Part shown: positions 18,434 to 26,238 of the stretch, one piece after another | Numbering within the stretch: position 1 is the first letter of the stretch | Layout: the number at the start of each line of letters is the position of its first letter | NCBI GenBank assembly: GCA_050874945.1 | Contig: JBNMLR010000001.1 | Span: forward strand, 1 to 36,017 | Direction of reading: 5' to 3' | Length of the DNA: 36,017 nucleotides | From: Butyribacter sp. | GTDB taxonomy: Bacteria; Bacillota; Clostridia; Lachnospirales; Lachnospiraceae | Position numbers and translations under genes: made by a program | Notes under the pieces: model-generated | The model's input: only the letters and a program-made list of their open reading frames with translations | Database searches by the model: none | What the model was told of the DNA's origin: nothing

Positions 18434-18506
18434 TGCGCCTCCAGGGGTTCGAACCCTGGACACCCTGATTAAGAGTCAGGTGCTCTGCCAACTGAGCTAG
18501 AAGCGC
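18434..18506 (-). tRNA. tRNA-Lys(CTT), identical to copy 1
   Basis: Exact reverse complement of 11752..11824. Confidence 0.97.
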
Positions 18507-18547
18507 ATACAATATAAATAATACCGCTGTCTTGCGACAACGATATT

Positions 18548-18576
18548 ACTATACCACACTGTTTTTTATGTGTCAA
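18548..18576 (-). promoter_or_regulatory. Promoter of tRNA-Lys copy 2
   Basis: TTGACA-17 bp-TATAGT with a TG extension. Confidence 0.8.
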
Positions 18577-18604
18577 CTGTTTTTCACAAATTTTTTCATT
18601 TTTT

Positions 18605-18829
18605 TTAGACATCATTTTTTGCCGCCAAAATATATTCGTAAGCCTGTTCCCTGTCTATCTCAAATTGTTTTACCAACTGCTCAACAATCTGCTCATCCGA
18701 ATAATTCAAACCCACTAATATCTTAATAGTTCCATTAATCCCCTGCTCTATTCCTTGCTCTATTCCCTGTACTATTCCCTGTTCTAAGCCCTGCTCAAAC
18801 TTTTCCTGATAACTCATCTGTAAAGTCAT
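18605..18829 (-). CDS. Putative intragenic small Rpn protein (RpnS-like antitoxin, 74 aa)
   Basis: Internal GGAGGT, 8 nt before an in-frame ATG (MTLQMSYQEK...), just ahead of the EQGI repeats. Confidence 0.5.
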   Translation of the reverse strand: MTLQMSYQEKFEQGLEQGIVQGIEQGIEQGINGTIKILVGLNYSDEQIVEQLVKQFEIDREQAYEYILAAKNDV

Positions 18830-19439
18830 ATAATCCAACCTCCATTTCTCGTTATCTCTTACACTTTTAACAGCCTGCTCCAATTCTTCCGTAAACGAGT
18901 CCGACGGTGCTTCACCATCTATATAATCCAATAACTTTTTCATTTCAGGACTTACATCATCAAGTATCCCCTTTGTATTTAAAATTATCTTTGTTGTATC
19001 ATCGCCAAGCGGTAACTCTAAATCTTGAACACAACGGTTTTCAAATGTATATATATGTCTGCCAAGCCCGAACAAATCAAATGTGCATATAAATATAACA
19101 AAGCTTTTTTAAGATTTTTATAGTTTTCACCTTTTCCAGTATATTTAAGTCTATCATCCCCTGATAATAACGCATCCTTTTAGGCAAATCATCTTTTAGG
19201 GTTGTCTGCATCTCTATATTATAAACAGTGTTTTTATCATCTTCCACATAAACATCAAGCCTTACACTTTTTGCATCTGCCATAATATCTATTGTCTCCT
19301 GCGACTTAGGATATTCAATATGAGATATTTTAATCCCCAGTATTGTTTCAAGAAAAGGTTTACAATACTTTGGATTACGCATAACAACTCCAAACATAAA
19401 ATCATCTTTTAACTTTAATTCCTCAAATCTTTTTATCAT
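18605..19439 (-). pseudogene. Rpn family (PD-(D/E)XK nuclease-like putative transposase), frameshifted
   Basis: DDFMFGVVM, VRLDVYVED, YNIEMQT, KRMRYYQGMID. The family-typical GENYKNLKK and SFVIFICTFD segments fall in two further frames near 19105-19136. C-terminal EQGI repeats. Confidence 0.85.
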
Positions 19440-19564
19440 AGCAATCCCCCTTTAAACTCCGTATTTTATCTGCACAGCACCTCATTAAAAAAATTAACCG
19501 TTCATTAAATCATTTCTGTATATATATTATATAAGGTGTCTGAAAAATGTTCAATACTATTTTC

Positions 19565-20332
19565 CTAAGCCCCATATCTGTCCGGAATAAGATTATGAAC
19601 ATCCCCTTTGGTATCATACATCTTGATATAACCGTTAGCGTAAATATCTGTATCATTTTGGACTTCAAACACACATACACTAAACTTAAGAATACCCGCT
19701 TTTTTTATATACATCTCACAATTCTGAGCCGTAACGGTCTGACCGCCAACTCTTATGTACTCACAGTCTGATGGTGCAACCACACATAAATACATATTTT
19801 TTGAATATACGCTGCTTTCTTCCGGTTTATATATGGTATAAACATTTGCCTGCGTGTAATCTATATTTGCAAGATAATCTGCAGGAATAAAGAACTCCTT
19901 ACTTTTAAATCTGCGATACCTGTCAGACCTTGCTTTCACAGACACGCGATACCCGTCAAACTTCTGCAAAACCGGAATATCCTCCGAGTTCTCATCACTC
20001 TCACTGTAATCAGAATTGTCCGAAACATCACCGGAGTCCGACTCCTCATCGTCATATGTCTTTCCTACATCGGTCATTCTCAACCACAGTTTCATATCAC
20101 CTGCAAGCTCACTTTTCCAGCTTCTATGTATAGAATTGTTCCTGTTAAAAATACTCATATCCTTTTTAACTGATATATCCGACTTTGCCGATGCTGCTTT
20201 GACCAGCTGTGAAACTTTGGTCTTGCTTGTTTTTCCTCCAAAGAAAAATACTATGATAACTGCAAAAACCGCCGCAAGCATTGCAATTCCAAGTAAAGTC
20301 CCTATTATATTTTCATAAATCTCTCTACGCAT
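19565..20332 (-). CDS. Hypothetical membrane-anchored protein
   Basis: One N-terminal TM helix, acidic D/S/E linker, strong RBS GGGAGG. Confidence 0.75.
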   Translation of the reverse strand: MRREIYENIIGTLLGIAMLAAVFAVIIVFFFGGKTSKTKVSQLVKAASAKSDISVKKDMSIFNRNNSIHRSWKSELAGDMKLWLRMTDVGKTYDDEESDSGDVSDNSDYSESDENSEDIPVLQKFDGYRVSVKARSDRYRRFKSKEFFIPADYLANIDYTQANVYTIYKPEESSVYSKNMYLCVVAPSDCEYIRVGGQTVTAQNCEMYIKKAGILKFSVCVFEVQNDTDIYANGYIKMYDTKGDVHNLIPDRYGA

Positions 20333-20438
20333 AACTTTTTCCTCCCTTTTGAACTTCCTGTATTTTCCGTATATATTTATTTCCCTTTGTTAATAAATAT
20401 ACTACTCTTTATTTTCTTAAGAAAAAAGGTGTTAAGCG

Positions 20439-20455
20439 TTTAAGATTTGTTTAAG
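20439..20455. promoter_or_regulatory. Possible OmpR-family binding site (TTTAAG-N5-TTTAAG)
   Basis: Direct hexamer repeat with 11-bp period, upstream of 19565..20332. Confidence 0.4.
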
Positions 20456-20472
20456 ATTATGTTACTGTATTA

Positions 20473-21141
20473 TCATTCATAAAAACTTCCCGGCTCCAGA
20501 TAATCATGTAATGTATCTATTATGTCCTGTTTAAATTCCAAAATTTTTTTCAAAGTTTTTTCATCATTACAAAAAAATTCACTGTCACGCACATTCTTAT
20601 ACTTTGTATGTTTTTTGCCTTTTTTACAGACATAACTTTTGTTTTCTGAAATATTAAGCCTGTTAAAACCTATCACATCCCTATTCATATCGATAACACT
20701 GCATTTTTTTTCATAATCTTCATACACCTTATTAGCAAAAAGGATATAATTGTCCCCATTTTTTATATAGTTTGTAAATCCCATTCCGGCATTGTTTCTG
20801 CTTTCAACCCATACATCACCTATTACATACATTTTCTGATGATAATCTTTTGTATTGATTTTTCCTTTTACAACCCTTATCAATTCTACTTCCTGAACTA
20901 ATGCACCATTAACAAATTTTCTGTTTTTTCTTCCCTTTACTTCTAATATCAATTTGCTTCCTAATGCTTCCTCCCTGACTTCTTCTAATAGCGGCTGATA
21001 GTCTTTTCCAAAAAAAGAAACAACCTGTTCATCTGCACTTTTCTCATCATTTAACGCATCACTTCTTATATTATGTGCAACAAGCCCCGCAACAGCCGCA
21101 ATCAGACATATCAATGATATTATGCTTATTTTCAACTTCAT
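20473..21141 (-). CDS. Hypothetical membrane-anchored/secreted protein, last gene of the ABC operon
   Basis: N-terminal hydrophobic helix; starts 6 nt after the ATPase stop, with AGGAG RBS. Confidence 0.75.
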   Translation of the reverse strand: MKLKISIISLICLIAAVAGLVAHNIRSDALNDEKSADEQVVSFFGKDYQPLLEEVREEALGSKLILEVKGRKNRKFVNGALVQEVELIRVVKGKINTKDYHQKMYVIGDVWVESRNNAGMGFTNYIKNGDNYILFANKVYEDYEKKCSVIDMNRDVIGFNRLNISENKSYVCKKGKKHTKYKNVRDSEFFCNDEKTLKKILEFKQDIIDTLHDYLEPGSFYE

Positions 21142-21147
21142 CTAAAT

Positions 21148-21777
21148 TCACTCCTTTGTCAGAACCCCACCATTCATATGATAAATTTCATCTGCAAGTT
21201 CCCTAATATCATCTTTACTATGACTGGCTAGTAATATAACCGCCCCTCTTTCCTTTTCTCTCCTTATAAGCTGCCAAAAATCTTTTACAGTCTTATCATC
21301 CAAACCATTTGTAGGCTCGTCCAGAAGCAATACATCCGGTTTTTCCATGATAGCCTGTGCAATCGATAGCTTTTGTCTCATTCCCAAAGAATACTTTCCG
21401 ACAGATTTCTTTTCATCGGGATTAAGACCGACATCTTTCATTACCTGTCTTATCTCCTTTTTCCCTATCTTCTTATTTATATCTGCCAGAAACTTTAAAT
21501 TCATATATCCTGAAAATTCAAGATACATATCCGTATTTTCTATAATAATACCAAGATTTTTCAAAATACGCATATCCCGTCCAAGCAGCATTTCATCCTG
21601 CCAGACCTCCCCTTCAATCCTCATAAGACCTGACATTCCTCTAAAAAGCATGGTTTTTCCGGAGCCGTTCCTGCCCACTATTCCGTAAACCTTTCCACTC
21701 TCAAATTCAGCGTTTACATTATTTAATATCTTTTGGTCTTTAATAGTTTTAGACACATTATTTAACTTTATTTTCAT
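21148..21777 (-). CDS. ABC transporter ATP-binding protein
   Basis: Walker A GRNGSGKT, signature YSLGMRQ, Walker B LLLDEPTNGLD, H-loop ASH. Start moved to ATG 21777. Confidence 0.92.
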   Translation of the reverse strand: MKIKLNNVSKTIKDQKILNNVNAEFESGKVYGIVGRNGSGKTMLFRGMSGLMRIEGEVWQDEMLLGRDMRILKNLGIIIENTDMYLEFSGYMNLKFLADINKKIGKKEIRQVMKDVGLNPDEKKSVGKYSLGMRQKLSIAQAIMEKPDVLLLDEPTNGLDDKTVKDFWQLIRREKERGAVILLASHSKDDIRELADEIYHMNGGVLTKE

Positions 21778-21793
21778 TCTGCCACTTCTCCAA

Positions 21794-22585
21794 TCATTCT
21801 TTATTATCCATAATATCAATTTTCTGAACAACAATCGCACCTGCTACGACAACAATTAAACTTATTGCCGCAAACATCAAATATCCTCTCTGTATCGAAA
21901 GACCTCTTGACATTGAGCCAATTATCTGTTTATTTTTTATTTTCACATTATACCAGCCAAAAACCAGATACGCACACGGATTCCATATCAGTTTCTTCCA
22001 TTCCATCCCTTTTAATTTTTCAAAATTGACTGTCATAAGACATACCGTCACTATTATAGGAATACTGATTGCTACAATATTACCAAGTATTCCATTTTTT
22101 AAAATAGATATAATATTAGCCAAAAGTACAATCGAAAAACTCCATAATGTATAAATAATCAAATATCTGACTACCAAAAAAATCGAGTCTGTCCTGAATG
22201 CTAATTTATTGCCGACAACAGCAGTAACAATATATCCCGCTAAAATCATCATTGCATTAACCAATGTAAAAAACAATAATTTTAAAGTTTCTTTCATATA
22301 CCATTTTACTCTGTTTTCACACCTTGAAAAAACATAAACACTGCTGTTGCAAAAATTTCTATATATGTATGTAGAAAATATTATAATAAACATAAAAAAC
22401 GGTACATAATGTTCAAAAATTGCTGAAATCACATAATTACTCATTGAATTTATTATGTTTCCACCGGTTATCGCCGAAACCATCTGCCACAACTCAACCT
22501 TTTTACTATTATGAAAACTACCATACCACGAAAAAATAATCCCATACAAAAAGGGTATTAAATAATATCTTCTGTAAACTTTCAC
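21794..22585 (-). CDS. Multi-pass membrane protein, probable ABC permease
   Basis: About 6 TM segments; GTG start overlaps the upstream stop (GTGA). Confidence 0.7.
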   Translation of the reverse strand: MKVYRRYYLIPFLYGIIFSWYGSFHNSKKVELWQMVSAITGGNIINSMSNYVISAIFEHYVPFFMFIIIFSTYIYRNFCNSSVYVFSRCENRVKWYMKETLKLLFFTLVNAMMILAGYIVTAVVGNKLAFRTDSIFLVVRYLIIYTLWSFSIVLLANIISILKNGILGNIVAISIPIIVTVCLMTVNFEKLKGMEWKKLIWNPCAYLVFGWYNVKIKNKQIIGSMSRGLSIQRGYLMFAAISLIVVVAGAIVVQKIDIMDNKE

Positions 22586-23430
22586 CTTTTATTCTCCCTC
22601 CTTCCCGCACATATAAGCATACATATTACAGACACTAACGCAACCGTAAATACCATAATCAGGAAAAAAATACAATCCGATGTGTTGAGTTTCGTATTTC
22701 CCCATGTCAGATAACTTGCATAATTATGTTTTATTTTATGTCCAAACACCTTAAAAGTTGTCTTGTCAAAAAAAACAGACATAAGATATACGGGTAAAAG
22801 CAGATATGACTGATACTTACAGTAAAAACATGAGATTGCCAATGGAACCAACGATAATAACCCTGCCTGTAAACCGGTCAAAACAATCCTTAAAACTGCG
22901 TACAATCCCGGATATAAATAATATATACCACACATCCAAAATGTCCCACCGGTACCATCGACATTATTCCTTTTATCATATGCCTGATAAACTGACCTCA
23001 TTTCTTCGGATGCTTCATTCGGAAATGCACATATATTCAATATAATCTCAATTAAAAAAGGAACTGTAAAACATACAAAAGTAACAGTAAAAACAGCTAC
23101 TATTTTTGATATATAATAATTCTTATAACCTCCACATCGGTTTACATACAATATATCTGTTCTGTTTTTTCTGTCTTTTGCAAGAGATAATCCACCCGGC
23201 AAAACAAGCAGTATAGCCATAAATGTCAATATATATATCCCATACTGATTGTCATATGAAAAAACTGACATATTCAGATAATTAGGAACCATATATCTCT
23301 CCAAACTACTGCATCTCTTGAGATTGTGTATATAATTAAAAATTACGCATCCTAACAATAAAAAGAAACAGTAAAAAACACCTCTTTGTCTGGCTATAAT
23401 ATTTATCTGCGTTTTTATATTCTTTAACAT
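22582..23430 (-). CDS. Multi-pass membrane protein, probable ABC permease
   Basis: About 6 TM segments; DRKNRTDILYVNR...YYISKIV resembles an ABC-2-type coupling loop. Confidence 0.7.
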   Translation of the reverse strand: MLKNIKTQINIIARQRGVFYCFFLLLGCVIFNYIHNLKRCSSLERYMVPNYLNMSVFSYDNQYGIYILTFMAILLVLPGGLSLAKDRKNRTDILYVNRCGGYKNYYISKIVAVFTVTFVCFTVPFLIEIILNICAFPNEASEEMRSVYQAYDKRNNVDGTGGTFWMCGIYYLYPGLYAVLRIVLTGLQAGLLSLVPLAISCFYCKYQSYLLLPVYLMSVFFDKTTFKVFGHKIKHNYASYLTWGNTKLNTSDCIFFLIMVFTVALVSVICMLICAGRRENKR

Positions 23431-23518
23431 CTTAACTCCATTTCTAAAAGTTTCTTATTTACATTTTTACATCGTAATCATGTTCTTTTGTTATTAAAAA
23501 CACTACCATAACAATCTA

Positions 23519-23553
23519 ACCAAAAGATAATCATAAGGTTACCAAACGGTAAA
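23519..23553 (-). promoter_or_regulatory. Shared operator copy 1 (upstream of the ABC operon)
   Basis: 32/35 identical to 30013..30047. Minus strand TTTACC-N5-GTAACC, then a candidate TGnTATGGT -10. Confidence 0.65.
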
Positions 23554-23581
23554 AATTATTTTTGCAAAAATCAGTTACAAC

Positions 23582-23619
23582 TGCTTCAGACTTTGCATTT
23601 TTTTGCAAAGCCTGAAGCA
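23582..23619. terminator. Long hairpin between the secreted-protein gene and the ABC operon
   Basis: tgcttcagactttgca...tgcaaagcctgaagca. Confidence 0.5.
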
Positions 23620-23670
23620 AATCAATTATCATCGACTTACTATTATAATCTGCAACTATTTAACATTCTC

Positions 23671-24129
23671 TTACATTGCGTCGTATGCTACTTCCGCAAC
23701 CGCATTATAATTTTTACTGTTTCCGCACCACCCAAAATATGCAGTATCAACTCCCAGATAATCCTGATTCAAATAAATTTTCCTTGTTTCAGCTCCTTCC
23801 CTAATTATGTATGTATTATACTCATTTTCAGTTCTTACACTAAAAAGTCTATAATTCCCCTCACCATCTTTTCTGCAAATTCTAACACGGATTCTTTCAA
23901 ATCCATCTTTAGTGTATGGCATTTCCGGTCTGACTCCGTCACATCTCACCTTAACATAACCATGATTATGACTTCTTCGGTCACTTGTGTATTTAAATTT
24001 TCCGCCTAATTTATTTATTGTTAATTGCTTAGTCGTAGCTCCCACAGACGAAACATTCATCATTAATGCACCTGCAACCAAACAACCTGTTATCACCTTT
24101 TTAGTTATACATAAAAATTTTTTATTCAT
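23671..24129 (-). CDS. Secreted hypothetical protein (152 aa) downstream of agrD
   Basis: Sec-type signal ending SSVGA; beta-rich mature part with 3 Cys; RBS GGAG. Confidence 0.8.
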   Translation of the reverse strand: MNKKFLCITKKVITGCLVAGALMMNVSSVGATTKQLTINKLGGKFKYTSDRRSHNHGYVKVRCDGVRPEMPYTKDGFERIRVRICRKDGEGNYRLFSVRTENEYNTYIIREGAETRKIYLNQDYLGVDTAYFGWCGNSKNYNAVAEVAYDAM

Positions 24130-24179
24130 AATCTCTTACTCCAATCTTTTATTTTTTTCTACCCACATCATCTTAATAG

Positions 24180-24210
24180 CCCTCACCCGGGTAGAGGTTA
24201 CGGGTGAGGG
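24180..24210. other. GC-rich hairpin between agrD and the secreted-protein gene
   Basis: ccctcacccg-N11-cgggtgaggg, with no U-tract on the minus strand. Confidence 0.6.
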
Positions 24211-24288
24211 TGTATTTTGTTTAATAGTCCCATTCCCTTTATACACCTTTCGATATTAATGTTACATTTTTACACTGTAACATCAACA

Positions 24289-24450
24289 TCACTTCTTGGC
24301 ACGGCTGCTTACCAGCTTGTCTAAGCCTTCAGGCTTTTCCGGTTCGTAAAAGAAATATCGACAACTCATCAACGAAACTCCCCCTAAAGCCACCGCCATA
24401 GCACAAATCCTGTTGCCATGCTTTTCGATAAACTTCTTTAGTTTTCTCAA
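24289..24450 (-). CDS. agrD: AgrD-like cyclic autoinducer peptide precursor (53 aa from TTG 24450; 58 aa from ATG 24465)
   Basis: Translated by hand: MRKLKKFIEKHGNRICAMAVALGGVSLMSCRYFFYEPEKPEGLDKLVSSRAKK. Amphipathic leader followed by C-x4-YEPxxP; divergent from agrB. Confidence 0.85.
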   Translation of the reverse strand: MRKLKKFIEKHGNRICAMAVALGGVSLMSCRYFFYEPEKPEGLDKLVSSRAKK

Positions 24451-24565
24451 CCCATCCTCTCTCATTTCCGTACTCCGCTCAGGACCTTTTAGTCTTTAAC
24501 AGATAAAATTTTGTGTAAGAAAAACTTTCACAATCAAAATTGCACTTTTCTCTTGCACAATTAAT

Positions 24566-24728
24566 ACTATACAACTTTTTTCGACCAAAAACGAAAAAGT
24601 GGGAAAAGTGGTCGAAATTTAAGGAAAAGTGGTAAATTTTATTATTTTTTGCCATTTTTTACCACTTTTCCCCGATTTTTGACCACTTTTCCCATTTTTT
24701 GGCACAATTATATATTTTAATGTATAAT
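24566..24728. promoter_or_regulatory. Divergent LytTR (AgrA)-type promoter pair
   Basis: GAAAAGTGGT at 24603 and 24624; ACCACTTTTC at 24661 and 24682 (21-bp period each). -10 boxes TATAGT (minus, 24566-24571) and TATAAT (24723-24728), each 31 nt from the nearest box. Confidence 0.8.
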
Positions 24729-24808
24729 CATTATTTACCAGTCATACTTGGAAGACAAAATGCAAAAATGATTATGATTATGGATAAATCTATTATAACC
24801 AGCAAAAT

Positions 24809-24882
24809 CTTTCACACACAAACTTAGTGTCCGTGCACACTTGACACTAATACCCATATATAAAATGTGTGCAGAAATGAGG
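24809..24882 (+). repeat. Dispersed RBS-abutting structured repeat, family B copy 3
   Basis: ttagtgtc-cgtgcacactt-gacactaa...gtgtgcagaaatgagg directly before the agrB ATG. Confidence 0.7.
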
Positions 24883-24888
24883 AATACT

Positions 24889-25461
24889 ATGAAGATATCA
24901 AATGCAGCAGCAACGCATATAACAGATTTTTTTATCAATTCAGGCACTATAAGTAATGACGACAAGGCTTCCTATATTTATTGTTTTGAATATGCAATAG
25001 ATACTATTATATTTCCACTGACCGTTCTTTTGTCCGGACTTATCTTTAACAGATTTACTGCCGCACTTTTATTCGCAGTCGTTATCATTCCGTTAAAAAT
25101 GTCTGCCGGAGGTGCTCATGCTTCAACCCGCATAATGTGCAGCATTTTATCTTACTCTTTGTATTTTGTCACATTATTTTGTTATCAGTTATTGGGTAAT
25201 ATACCTTTAACAATCTTAAATATATGCTATATAATATGTTGTGTACTTATAATGTATCTGTCACCCGTCGACCACAAAAACAACAGACTTGCCTCAGATG
25301 CAAAGCACAAATTAAAAAAATTTTGTATTATATATGTAATTTTAATTTCAACTGTATATACGGCATTTGTTTATAATGATATGTCTAAATGTTATCTTAT
25401 GATAAATGCCTGTATGTTTATAGTTGTCACAAATCAGATAATTGGTAAATTAAAACACTAA
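24889..25461 (+). CDS. agrB: Accessory gene regulator B family protein
   Basis: LKMSAGGAHASTRIMC (His and Cys 7 residues apart), SPVDHKNNRL, multiple TM helices. Start ATG 24889 with GAGGA. Confidence 0.9.
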   Translation: MKISNAAATHITDFFINSGTISNDDKASYIYCFEYAIDTIIFPLTVLLSGLIFNRFTAALLFAVVIIPLKMSAGGAHASTRIMCSILSYSLYFVTLFCYQLLGNIPLTILNICYIICCVLIMYLSPVDHKNNRLASDAKHKLKKFCIIYVILISTVYTAFVYNDMSKCYLMINACMFIVVTNQIIGKLKH

Positions 25462-25489
25462 CTATCAACTGCTAACAAGGAGGATTAAT

Positions 25490-26233
25490 ATGAACTATAG
25501 AATTGCCATCTGTGATGATGACCCCATCTTTATAGAAGAAACAACTAAGCTTATTTTAAATTATCAGTTTGAAAAAGATATGGATGTTACGCTGTCTCAT
25601 TTTAAGAGCAGTAAGAGCCTGCTTGCAAATTTCAGGCACGCTAATGACTTTCATATAGTCTTTCTCGATATAGAAATGCCTGAACCAAATGGCATAGAGC
25701 TTGCATCTATTATCCGTTCAAGTATAGACCGCCATGTATTTATTGTTTTTGTGAGCAGTTATCCTGAATATATGCATGACAGTTTCAGGGTACACCCTTA
25801 TAACTATCTGCAAAAACCCGTAAGCAAAGAAACTCTATTTGAAGTTCTCGATGAAATCCGCCTTGACATGGAGGATAATAATTGCTACTTTACTATAGAT
25901 GCTATTGATAATACATCAACAGCAGTCAATTTTAATGATATTTTATATATTGAGACCATTGATTCCAAAAAAAATCTTTTACAATTTTGTCTGACAGATA
26001 AAAAGCTCACTGCGAAAGGCACTTTAAAAGAATGGACAAAAAAACTGGAACAGTTTCCTTTTCAAAAATGCCACAACAGTTTTCTTGTAAATATTGCTCA
26101 TATTCACTTTTTTTCTGACTCAGAACTGACAATGGATAATCTTGATACACTTCCTCTAAGCCGCCGCATGAGGAAGGAGATTGAAACAGCTTATAAACAT
26201 CAGTTGGTCATATGTGACACCGGGAGGGTTTAG
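25490..26233 (+). CDS. agrA: LytTR family response regulator (AgrA-like)
   Basis: IAICDDD, FLDIEMP, YLQKPV; LytTR domain DILYIE...FQKCHNSFLVNI...LPLSRR. Confidence 0.9.
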   Translation: MNYRIAICDDDPIFIEETTKLILNYQFEKDMDVTLSHFKSSKSLLANFRHANDFHIVFLDIEMPEPNGIELASIIRSSIDRHVFIVFVSSYPEYMHDSFRVHPYNYLQKPVSKETLFEVLDEIRLDMEDNNCYFTIDAIDNTSTAVNFNDILYIETIDSKKNLLQFCLTDKKLTAKGTLKEWTKKLEQFPFQKCHNSFLVNIAHIHFFSDSELTMDNLDTLPLSRRMRKEIETAYKHQLVICDTGRV

Positions 26234-26238
26234 TTTTA

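Noticed and set aside
24841-24866. TTGACA in repeat family B as a portable sigma-70 promoter (also at 12949-12954)
   Set aside because: The nearest -10-like hexamers are only 12-14 nt away, and the hexamer forms part of the hairpin.
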